The position numbers and the translations under genes were made by a program. DNA of 64,000 nucleotides from Coniocarpon cinnabarinum (lineage: Eukaryota). Position 1 is the stretch's first letter; each line of letters begins with the position of its first letter. Below the pieces are notes generated by a model. That model saw only the letters and a list, made by a program, of their open reading frames with translations. It did no database searches and had not been told where the DNA came from. The DNA lies in assembly GCA_051942205.1 (NCBI GenBank), contig JAVECO010000130.1, positions 1 through 64,000 on the forward strand, written 5' to 3'. Positions 37,563 through 48,157 of the stretch are shown here, in pieces.

Positions 37563-39242
37563 ATGGTAAACGCCCTGGTGATTTCCCTTTTGCAATACTC
37601 TGCTAACATTTACCTAGGTGGTGCTCAACGCATCCATCTGTACCCGCGGTGGGAAGGCAGTACTTTCGCGATCATTCAGGGAAATCCCAAGGTCGCGCAT
37701 TGAGGGTCTGCTGGCAGCATTACCAAAGCTACTGGACCTCAATACCCAGCACACCACTGTCGAGCAAGACAATGTTCGATATGTCTACCAACCCCTCGAT
37801 GAGCTCTACATGGTCCTTATCACGAATCGCCAGTCCAACATTCTTCAGGACATCGATTCGCTTCATTTATTCGCCCAAGTCACCTCAAGCATATGTCGGA
37901 GCCTTGACGAACGTGAGATCCACCGAATGGCGTATGATCTAATAAGCGCATGGAACGAGGTGGTCAATCTTGGGTATCGCGAAAACCTCACACTCAATCA
38001 GATCAAGACCTTCTTGGAGATGGAAAGTCACGAGGAGCGCGTGGCCATGATCATCGAGCAGGTAGGCAGCATTGCAGAGAAGAGTTAACCATTTGCTGAC
38101 GTCTCTCGCACTCTCAGAATAAGCAGATGGAAGCCGACGAGCAGCGAAAACGACGAGCAAAAGAAATCGAAAGACAACGCCTGGAACAACAGCGAGCCCA
38201 ACGAGCACAAATGCCTGTCCGACCAACGTACCCCTCCTACAACCCACCGACTGTGCCCACCACCGTCGTCTCAGATCCTATGGACTCCTACAATGCAGAG
38301 AAGAACAAATCTAAAAATCTCAAACCCGCGAAACAGGGTCTGGTTCTTGGTAAGAAGAATCGTGCAGCAAATGCATTCGATGCTGTCCGACAAGAGCTGG
38401 GACCAGAGGATGATGCACCTCTCGTGGGTGCAGCCCAGCCGTCACAGCCGCCGTCGAAAGCGGCACCTGCATCAGCAGCTCCGATTGCATCTCGAGCTAG
38501 TCTCTCAGGCGACCGTGAAGCCGTGCATGTCACCTTTGGTGAGACCATCAACGCCCAGATCTCGCGCGAGGGCACACAAGAGTCATTTGAGGTGTCTGGC
38601 TCACTTCAACTTCGTATCACTGATCCAAGCATGACGCAAATAAAGTTGCAGATGCTTACGGACAGCACTGGGGTTGGCGCGCAATATACAACGCATCCAA
38701 AAGTCGACAAGAACGTCTTCTTGCAGAGCAAGGTTGTCCAGTTGAAAGATACCACGAAAGGCTTCCCCTCGAAAGGCGCTGCACTTGAGGTCCTGCGCTG
38801 GAAGTACAACGCAAAGTCAGGTTCTGAGGGCGAACTGCCCCTCATGCTGACCGCGTGGATCAACGAGGGCGATGAGGGCAGCTTTTCCATCACGGTCGAG
38901 TACGAGCTCACTGGTGGGGACGCCCTCCGTGATGTTGCAATAACGATTCCGTACGGCAGCAACGAGCCCAGGAACATTAGCGAGGATGCGATTTATGAAG
39001 TCGGGGGCGACAGCCTGGAATGGCAAGTTGGGGGGGTTGATTCGGACAATGGCAGTGGCAGCTTCGAGTTCGAGGCGGAAGCTGATGGTGCTGATGTCTT
39101 CTTCCCCATGAGCGTGCGATTTGCAAAGTCGTCGCCTTTTGTGGGTACGGACGTCGCTGGTGTGACTCTAATCAACATGGGACAGAACGTCCCATTCAGC
39201 AAGGACATCAGGAGTCAGACTGGGAATTACAGAATGGTCTGA
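37563..39242 (+). CDS. RET2: Coatomer subunit delta
   Basis: M|VVLNASICTRGGKAVLSR, YVYQPLDELY, MESHEE and a mu-homology C-terminus. Two introns. Confidence 0.94.
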
Positions 39243-39789
39243 TTATTAGACAACTAATGATGCTCCTCGCAAGCCTCTTGTGTGATTCAATATGCCTCTG
39301 ATCCCAAGGTGACTCCCTCATCTCCATGCCACATTTCAACCTGGGAATCGAGAGTGCTGTTGCTTGATGTTCCGCAATAAAAACATCAACGCAGTCCACG
39401 GGTTGCCCCACGTTGAGATTCATCCCAATTGCGCCATCAAAAAATTGTCTACTTTAGCTGACTTTGCATACCTCGCCGAGCTTGGTTCACGTGCTTGATT
39501 ATGTAGCCAATTGCAGTGCAATTCATTGGTCAAATAGCACAGCGAGAACGAATCGAACAAGCTAGCAGCTCAGATGATCCATAAAATCTACTGAAGGCAT
39601 GCCATTAGACTGATGCTCTCTACTGTGATTGGTGTCTGCTATTTCTCCACGTTATGACTAAAGGCCAGACTGCTTCGTCGTAGAAATAGCATTACCACAA
39701 TGACATTGCGTTCCGTAGGACCTGCTTGAGCGGTTGTACGCCTGCAAAATCCGACCTTGCACAGCAAGGCGGTGCGTGAATTAGAAACT

Positions 39790-40704
39790 TCAAGTCTTCT
39801 CGCCCTTCATCCACATGAGCTTCCCATCCTTTCCGGAGTCAACTCGAATGACTTGACCATGTGTGTGGGAGCTCAAGTTCTCGCTCGCTACGCAGACTAT
39901 AGCCTTTGCTACAGCATGCACGGGCACAGGCTCGCCCAAGGCAGTACTTGACTAATGAGCCAGGGCATACTTCCTGCAGCACACGAAAGAGACTTACGTA
40001 GCTTGACAGTCCAGCCAGAACTGTTCTGAGTTATCACTGCACTCTTGTCTGAAGCGAGCCGTATCCACAGGTCCTGGTGCTATCGCGTTCACTCTTGTTC
40101 CGGGTACCTTGCGAGGTACGTCGCCTTTCAATGAGAGTAGAAGGCCTCCCTGCACTGCACTTTTAGATGTGGCGTAATCGGCGTTCAACCTCTCGCCAAG
40201 GAGACCGCTCTCGCTTCCGATAATAATGAGGCTCTTGTTGTTCATCTGACCGGCATCTGGCGAGCTCGACAGCTGTGTCAGCCATATTTTGGCTGTGATG
40301 AATGTGCCAATCAAGTTTACGTCGATGGTGTGTTGGAATTGGGACACAGGCATGTCCACAATAGACCTGTGATCCAACACAGACAGATCTAACGCAGCAA
40401 GAGCTACGCAGCATTGAATGGTTCCAGCCCATTTCTGCATGTCGTGGTAGGCGGATGCCATGCTTTCTTCTGAGGAGACATCAGCAGCATGGTAGGATAC
40501 ATCGGCAGAAGCGGGATATGTGGATTTCTGCGTTGATAGCTCATCTTTGAGCTTGCTCAAACTCGCCTGAGACACATCCAAAGCTGAGACCTTGCACCCC
40601 GCCTCGAGAAATGCAGCGACAGCCCGACTTCCAATGAGACCTCCGGCTCCGGTTACCAGAACGTGGGTGTCACGTAGACCGAGACCTAAATCTATTTTCT
40701 CCAT
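39790..40704 (-). CDS. Short-chain dehydrogenase/reductase
   Basis: TGAGGLIG, YATSKSA and RVNAIAPGPVDT motifs. Intron 39947-39997 gives C-terminus ...VDSGKDGKLMWMKGEKT. Confidence 0.88.
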
Positions 40705-40834
40705 GTCATAGATGCAGCGGCTGATAAGTAAGATTGTCCAACATGTGTATGCTGTTATCCTTTTGAGCTGAAGCTCTTATCGATAAGAGTTGGGCAACAT
40801 TCTTGAAATTGCATTTATCCATCAATTTTCGTCT

Positions 40835-42397
40835 TCATCCATATTCGTCAGTCATTCGCGAAACACGAGGACGGGGCTGACTCATGGCGATGTGGTTTGC
40901 GTAGCCGTTAGTGAGGGCTGACTGAGGCTTTCGTTCTTTCTTGGGCCAGTTCTTGCAAACATCAACGCGGTCTCGTGGCGCCCAACGCTCGAGAAAGAAG
41001 TAAATGAGCACATCGATGATGACACATAAACAAAAAAGCTTGCCTGCCCATACTCCACAACCATAGTAGCGTTTGAGCCGATCGATCAACGCGGAGCTTT
41101 GAACGCCGGTGCGGCTTCTGATGGCAGTCCATGTCATTCTTGAAGTTTCACCACCGAAGTCCTCCTCATTGACATTGCCTGTGATGCTGTTGTATACGCG
41201 CTCGGTACGGGAGGCTACGTCTTCCCAAGAGTACATCGTCTTGACCTGGTCATGGAACTTGTCTGTTCGGATTCGGTTTGCGCGGAACGCTGCAATTGCT
41301 TTCCCAGTTTCGGCCACCAAGTCATCTTCTTCTGGCTTCGCGAATGTGGTAAAGTCAGGGGGAAGCACTTCTGGGACTCCTCCTACTCGAGTGCAGACCA
41401 CATAAAGGCCACAACTTGCCGCCTCTACAATGACGGTGCCAAATGCTTCGGTCAAGCTCGGGTGCAAGTAGATATGACCACGAACCATCACATCTCTAAC
41501 TTCTTCATGTCTCACGGGCCCTAGCATCTCTACTCGGTCCTGCAAGACACGTCGCTCAATCATCTGCTCAAGATCGATAGCCATTGGACCAGACCCTGCA
41601 ATGATAAAGCGTACGTCCGGATGGGAAGCCAAGATTTGGGGAATGGCGGCAATCAGTAAATCCGTACCCTTGTTGTAAAACAGACGGGAGATTACGACAA
41701 TAGTAATGGTGTCATCAGGGCCAAGAGGTCGCTGAGCGGGCGGCGATTTGGCGCGATCATGAGATTTCATTGCCGGGTGATTGAAAGGACGGAAATTCTC
41801 TGCAACAACTGCGTTCGGTATGACGGACACGTTGAAAGGGTCCAGCTGAGCCCGCAAAACTGTATTCTCTTTGCTGAGCAGTATGAGCCTACACATCCAC
41901 GCGGAATCTCTTCGAGAGGCTCACCATGTATGACTGACACAAATGACGTGGTCGACGTCACTCAAAATGAACTTGAGAAGCTTGTTCGTAAGGATACTGG
42001 CAGCATCGGCAAAACCAAACAATGAGTGATCAGTAAAGACAGTGCGCAACCCCATCGTCCGCGCATGCAGGATTGCTTCATGGCCGAGGCTGCTCAAGCT
42101 TGCATGCCCATGAACGATTTGGATCTTCTCTCGAATCACGATGTTTCTGAACATGGGGAAAAAGGAAAAGACAGTTGGGAATGTGGTCTCGCGATACACC
42201 ACCAGAAATGGAACGTGATATACTTTGAGCCCATTGGTCAGATATCTAACTCCTGTGCGTCCTTCATATGCATGCGTGATGATCACGACTTTGTGGCCAC
42301 GATCAATGAGCTTGGTTGACAGCTGATAAATATGGCTTTCGACTCCGCCGGGCTGCGGGAAGAAGAAGTCGCTGACCATGGCAATGTTGTAGGGCAT
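40835..42397 (-). CDS. GPI3: GPI-GlcNAc transferase catalytic subunit (PIG-A/Spt14)
   Basis: [26 protein letters not shown] after splicing and SLTEAFG motifs. C-terminal transmembrane segment. Confidence 0.95.
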
Positions 42398-42580
42398 TCT
42401 TGCTCACCGACATTGCGACCAGCCGGTGAAAAGATTCAAGAATAGACGACGCGTGTATTGGTGTCCGTGAGTAAGGTAGGTATGAAAAAGGAGATACGGA
42501 GTACGTTCTGCGGGTCCGTGTCATAGCGACGGGTGAGGTGCGTGTTAGCGCTAGATCCAGAAAAGCAAAATGCATTGACT

Positions 42581-42590
42581 ATCACGTGAT
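42581..42590. promoter_or_regulatory. Palindromic E-box ATCACGTGAT (Cbf1/bHLH-type) in the GPI3/DBP6 divergent promoter
   Basis: Perfect 10-bp palindrome in a 251-bp divergent gap. TCACGTGA also occurs upstream of MSS51 at 7799-7806. Confidence 0.4.
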
Positions 42591-42648
42591 ATAAATCCTG
42601 TTCTTTTCTCCGCCACAAGTTGAGAGAGTTGATTCAGTATTGCGACCC

Positions 42649-45282
42649 ATGGCCATCAATTTCTACAATCGCTACATACCGCCACGAACTCGCCATCTGG
42701 ATGAGAGCAAGAATATCCAGGAAGTCCGCCCTGAGAAAAAGAGAAAACGAGTCAACGATGCAGGAGACCTGCAAAAAAGGCAAAAAGTGAGCAGAGGATT
42801 TCAACAACAGAATGGTGAGAAAAGCAAAAGGAAAGACAAAGATGCCATCCATGATCTAGATGCTCCAGAGAGCGCTGACCATCTCCACGGAGCTTCTCAT
42901 GGCAAACACGATGTGTATGAGCTTCCTGTTGGTATGCAGGGTAACAGTCAAGTTGGAGGAGAGATGCGAAAATCGACGAGCGCGATCAGCGACCAGTCTG
43001 GACCCCGTGTAGCCAATGAGGCTGCGCGAGACCAAGTTTCTGAGTCAAAGAACCACCACTCTGCTGGGGAGAAGACGCAGGCTCAAGACACCGACAGACC
43101 TACCCATAGAGTTGGAAGTAGTGACCGAACTCGGAAGAAACCAAAGCGCGAGAAAGCTGTAAAGGAGCCAGAAAAGGATGAATCTGTTGCCGATTCTCGT
43201 GACATCCAGTCAGAGAAGTATTCAAGGATTAAGCAAAAGTATTCCAAACACGCACGCGATCCTCCCCCGAAAAGCGGAGGTGAGGCTAAGCAGGATGGTG
43301 AAACGCAGCAGCAGCCAGAAGAGCAACAGCCTAAACTGCACGGCTTTGGTCCGATCCCTAAGCCTGCGGCAGATGCATCATACAAAGGCTCAGCGTCAAT
43401 CTTCTCGGCCCTCCCTACTTGGCTGCGCGAGCCGAAGATGGTACCTTCCTCGGCAGCATTGCCGTTCAAAACGCTTCCAATCGCGCCAGCATTGCTAAAG
43501 TCACTGCAAAACGCCGGCTTCGGCACTTCTCTTCCAGTGCAAGCTGGAGTCCTTCCATCTCTGCTTCCGACGAATGAGGAGCATCTAGGCGACGTGTGCA
43601 TCTCGGCTGCCACTGGCTCGGGAAAGACATTGTCGTATGTCTTACCCATCTTGCAGGACCTGGAGTCAGCAACACCTTCCCGACTCCGTGCCCTCATTGT
43701 TGTACCGACGCGCGAACTCGTAGATCAGGTCCTTAGTACATTCAACCTTCTTGACGAGTCAGGCTCCATTAGAGTTGCCACAGCGTCTGGATCGCACAGC
43801 CTCGATACCGAACAACTGACACTCATCGATAACCGACAGCGATACGAACCAGAGGGTTGGAAACGGTATCAAGCCTTTCTCGACGCACCAGCTTACGACA
43901 GTGACATCGATTCCATCTCTTCGACTCCAGATCTCGTACTTGAGGATGCTTTTGACTTGAGTGACGGGCATGTGCCATGCTTCGAATCGAAGATCGATGT
44001 ACTCATCACCACGCCGGGGCGACTTGTAGAGCATATTCGTCAGACACGAGGCTTTACGCTCAGTCATCTCAGGTGGTTGATTATCGATGAGGCGGACAGA
44101 CTCCTTGACCAAAGTTTCCAGGAATGGGCTGACACCGTAGATAATGCACTTCGAAAGCCCCGTGAGAATAGTTTGTCAATGTCAGGTGGTCAAGATCTTC
44201 CTCTGCATCAAGCACCTATATCTCAGCCCAACCTGAGGAAAGTCGTGTGTAGCGCAAGCATGACACGAGACCTTGAAAAGCTTGGTAGCTTGCGACTCAA
44301 GAATCCCATGAGCATTGTCGTTGAGGGAGGTAGCAAGCCAAAACCTGCAACGGACGAAGATGCTGAGGTAGACGACATCCAAACCACAGCAACCGGCGCC
44401 ATGGTTCTACCGAACGGTCTCGAGGAATACGCCATACCGGTAGGCAACGGCAGCGAGAAGCCCTTGTACCTACTCAAGCTCCTTGAGATGCTATTTGCTG
44501 GCGAACACGTACCTGGAACATTGCACAAGAAGCTCACACCCAACAAGTACGATCACTCAGGTCCCTCTGACTCTGACACATCCTCCACATCCTCCTCAGA
44601 AAGCGACTCGGATGTGTCCCAAGCCAGCTCCAATTCTTCCAAATCTCCTACCCATGTAAACAATCACTCTCCCTCCTCACAGCTGAAATCCACACCGCCC
44701 TCTGCAAAGACCCAACCTCTCATCCTCATATTCACCTCCACCAGCTCCTCCGCCACCCGCCTCGCTTCCCTGCTCCGCTACTTAGCGCCCCCTCTCCACA
44801 ACCAAACGACCACCCTCACCAAATCTACAGCTCCCTCTAAAACGCGTAAACTCCTCGCTTCCTTCGCCACACCCTCACTCGAACACAATGCGCAAATGAG
44901 AGGCGGCAACAAACGCATCATCATCGCCACGGATCGCGCATCCCGCGGCCTCGACATCCCCCGTCTTACCGACGTCATAAGCTACGACGTCCCCCGCTCG
45001 CAAACGGCATACGTCCACCGCGTGGGTCGGACCGCTCGCGCCGGCCGTGAGGGGAAGAGCTGGACGTTGCTGCAGGGACGGGAGGCGGGATGGTTCTGGC
45101 ACAATGTGGCTGAAAATCCGAAGACGGCGCCGCTTCACAAGGATGGTGGCGAGAGGATTGAGAGGGCGGTGGGGCAAAAGGTGAGGAAAGTGCGGTTGGA
45201 GGATGTCAAGACTCAAGAGCGGGTCAAGAGGTATGAAGTTGCACTGGAGAAATTGAAGGGGGAGGTGGGAGAAGATCGATGA
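42649..45282 (+). CDS. DBP6: DEAD-box RNA helicase Dbp6/DDX51
   Basis: GDVCISAATGSGKTLSY, PTRELV, DEADRLLDQSFQEW and [12 protein letters not shown] motifs. Confidence 0.9.
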   Translation: MAINFYNRYIPPRTRHLDESKNIQEVRPEKKRKRVNDAGDLQKRQKVSRGFQQQNGEKSKRKDKDAIHDLDAPESADHLHGASHGKHDVYELPVGMQGNSQVGGEMRKSTSAISDQSGPRVANEAARDQVSESKNHHSAGEKTQAQDTDRPTHRVGSSDRTRKKPKREKAVKEPEKDESVADSRDIQSEKYSRIKQKYSKHARDPPPKSGGEAKQDGETQQQPEEQQPKLHGFGPIPKPAADASYKGSASIFSALPTWLREPKMVPSSAALPFKTLPIAPALLKSLQNAGFGTSLPVQAGVLPSLLPTNEEHLGDVCISAATGSGKTLSYVLPILQDLESATPSRLRALIVVPTRELVDQVLSTFNLLDESGSIRVATASGSHSLDTEQLTLIDNRQRYEPEGWKRYQAFLDAPAYDSDIDSISSTPDLVLEDAFDLSDGHVPCFESKIDVLITTPGRLVEHIRQTRGFTLSHLRWLIIDEADRLLDQSFQEWADTVDNALRKPRENSLSMSGGQDLPLHQAPISQPNLRKVVCSASMTRDLEKLGSLRLKNPMSIVVEGGSKPKPATDEDAEVDDIQTTATGAMVLPNGLEEYAIPVGNGSEKPLYLLKLLEMLFAGEHVPGTLHKKLTPNKYDHSGPSDSDTSSTSSSESDSDVSQASSNSSKSPTHVNNHSPSSQLKSTPPSAKTQPLILIFTSTSSSATRLASLLRYLAPPLHNQTTTLTKSTAPSKTRKLLASFATPSLEHNAQMRGGNKRIIIATDRASRGLDIPRLTDVISYDVPRSQTAYVHRVGRTARAGREGKSWTLLQGREAGWFWHNVAENPKTAPLHKDGGERIERAVGQKVRKVRLEDVKTQERVKRYEVALEKLKGEVGEDR

Positions 45283-45807
45283 GGTTAGAAGGTTGGAATT
45301 CTAGGCCCACTCGGGCTGGTGTTACTTATGAGGTTTGAGAGGTTGATTGGGCTCTATTCCTTCTAGCATCAAGACCAGAACGCCTCGCGGTAGCGTTCCT
45401 TTATGAGGGAGAAATGCGAGCGAGTCTGAAAAGAAAATGTCAAGACTTATTTGAATTGATATAATCGTGTCACAACGCCGAAGATCGCTTGTGGAATGAG
45501 AGAGGTGCACACGAAACTCGCAGACTTCAGTTCCGCAAGTGATCCTGGAATTCTGTTCAAACGAGGGCAGACGAATGCAACTGCAACGGCCAATCTCATG
45601 GTGAGAATGCAGGTTCGACATAGCTCGCGACGACTGTTCGCACGGGGTAAAAGAACGAAAACGGTGTCTATGACCCTGCTGTCTCAGAATTCTTATGGTA
45701 TGGTACTGCTCATTAAGTTCGGGTAGCGCCCTGGCCAAGGGTTGGTCGTCATGCAATGTGCGAGAGACAGTGTCGCTTCACAACCTCGCCACATCATCGC
45801 CATGCAG

Positions 45808-46923
45808 TCATGCCTCTTTCACATGTACCATGCCTTTCTCGTCCTTGCCAAACTTCTCCGCCAACTTGTCAAGCTGGTACTTCTCCCCAGTGGCCCTCTT
45901 GACAGCGGGGCGCTCCCAAATTCGGGCAATCCAGGCAAGCACATGAGGCATCTTGTCCATTTCCTCCTTGGGCACATTGCTGAACTCCCAACCCTTCACC
46001 CACGGCCACGTGCCCATATCAGCGACACTGAATTTGCCCTTGCCGGGGCCGGCAAGGTACTCTCGAGGCTGGCCGGTATACTTGCCTGAGAGATGGATCT
46101 CGAGGACATTGTAGACGCGGACAGTCTCATTACGGAAGCGATTGATGGCGTAAGGAAGCTTCTCTGGCGCCATTTTACCAAAGTGGTTGAGTTGGCCTTG
46201 GCTGGGGTAGCGATCAGTCATGTGCTTCACTAGCGGCCTCCAGCAGCAGAGGCGGTTCGCAACCTTAAAGATGTAGGGAGGATCTGTAATAAGGATGGAG
46301 GTTACTCACTACGGGGCACCAGAACCATGCCAGAAAAACAACCACTGCAGGCACTGGCTGCGCTCCAGATCGTCCTTGAAACCAAAGGTGTCGTTCTTGT
46401 CAAACTCTTTGAGGAGGTAGAGGAGCTCGGCAGAGGTTTCGTGGACGGTGAATGCGGGAGACTTGGTGCTATCGACAAGGATGGGAATGCGCCCGTTACT
46501 GCAGGGCATGGAGGTCAGCGCTTCACACGTTCTCAATGGCAACGATGATAATGGTGGAGAGGTGTAGCAGACGTACGGGTCAAGGCGCAGGAACCAATCT
46601 TCCTTTTGGACGTTGGTCCCAATGTTGATGACGGTGTAACCCCACTTGATGCCGTACAAGTCGGCCAACTCTTCCAGCAAGATCTGCACCTTCTGGCCGT
46701 TGGGGGTGCTCTGGGTCACCATATAGAGCCCCTTGCTGTCTTTAATCAACGAGGGCGTGGCATCTTCGAAAAGGCCCGGCTTCGTGGCCATGTTGAGCAA
46801 GCTGCGAACGGTGAAGGGTCGTCGCGATGTAAAGTGCCTGCTCGAAGGGAGGGCAAGAGAGCGAGATGGGGAGGAGATGAGGGAAGAGCAGAGACGAGGC
46901 GAAGGGACGAGACGGGGGATCAT
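45808..46923 (-). CDS. Glutathione S-transferase (Ure2/YfcG-like)
   Basis: TPNGQKV, P|NGRIP, ETSA, WLFFWHGSGAPY|QGQ and SVADM motifs. Introns 46499-46576 and 46202-46309. In-frame ATGs at 46923 and 46791. Confidence 0.92.
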
Positions 46924-47343
46924 GGTGGGGCTTTTGAAGACGAGGAGGACTGCCCCGCGGAGTGCATGTGCTGGGGAGGTGCAGCGATGATGCAAAGGCA
47001 CAAGGCCATTGTCAATCCTTCACCACTCGACACGCCGATGTTTACAAAGCAGGTGGAACATGGCTCACGTAATGACGATTCCTCCATGTCCTCTCACAAT
47101 GGAAGACCTACTCGGCGGCCCAAGCTCCGGCATCGTCACATACCGCTTTTGTCAGGTGTCCATCATTCCCGTCCGCTGTTTCGGCGCCGTGTGAGCCGAG
47201 GTCTTCCTTCTGCCGGTCTTCCATCTGCCATTGGAAACGGCCATCGTCTGCAACCCTCATCTCTTGTGCGCAGTGCGGTGTCATCACTGTATTGATATTG
47301 TGCTCGTAACCAATCCTCTCCGCTTCTGGGCCTGGCAGTATTC

Positions 47344-48157
47344 ATGTCGAGCCCCGTCCAGCTCTCACCACCCGCCCAACATCTGTCCCTTCATCGTCAT
47401 GACACCACCTCCAACGTCTTCGTCCTGACCCTTCGCAAGCCCCCCGAGAACCGTCTCAACTCTTCTCTCTGTCAAGAAATCATCCGTGCTCTCCGTCATG
47501 TCCAAGTGACCATAGGCCCTGATGCTCCAGGCGCGCTTGTAACCACCACGGAATCCCAAAAGTTCTTTTGCACAGGCCTCGACCTTCACGAGCCTGATAC
47601 CAACCCTTTCGCCAACAGCGATGGCTTCTATCCCATGCTCGCCGCCTTGCTGGACTTTCCCTTCCCAACGGTAGCCTGTCTGACCGGCCACACATTCGGA
47701 GGCGCGTGCCCGTTCGCTCTGGCCCACGACTACAGAGTCATGAACTCCGAGCGAGGCTTCTTCTCCATGGCAAGTACCGTGCTCGTCTCGATTGCCTGCC
47801 CCCTCGGATGTTGACGTAGTCCTTTAGCCGCCAGTAGATTTGGGTCTTCACTTCGATGGTATTGGCACTCTGCCACGCCTGAAGCTCCGGCCTCATGTTG
47901 CGCGTCAGATGTTATTGGAAGCCCACAAATGGACCGGTAAAGCCGCGTGCGCCGACGGAATTGTTGATGTGATCGCAGCCCCCAGCAGCATGCAAGAAGA
48001 GGCGCTTGCTCTAGCCGAGAAGTTCGCACCCAAAGCAAAAATGGGCGTGTATGGCGTGCTGCGACTAGAGCTTGTTGGCGAAGCAGCAGACAAGCTGAGG
48101 AGTATCAGCTACGTGCGATCAAAAACAACGGGACGGCAGGCAAAGGCCAAGATATGA
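47344..48157 (+). CDS. Enoyl-CoA hydratase/isomerase (crotonase family), PTS1-like -AKI
   Basis: PPENRL, KFFCTGLDL and GHTFGGACPFALAHDYRVM motifs. GC-AG intron 47770-47827. Confidence 0.9.

Noticed and set aside
46202..46309. 108-nt GST intron as a stwintron or two abutting introns
   Set aside because: The internal donor (GTTGCG) and branch point are poor; a single intron restores GAPY|QGQ.
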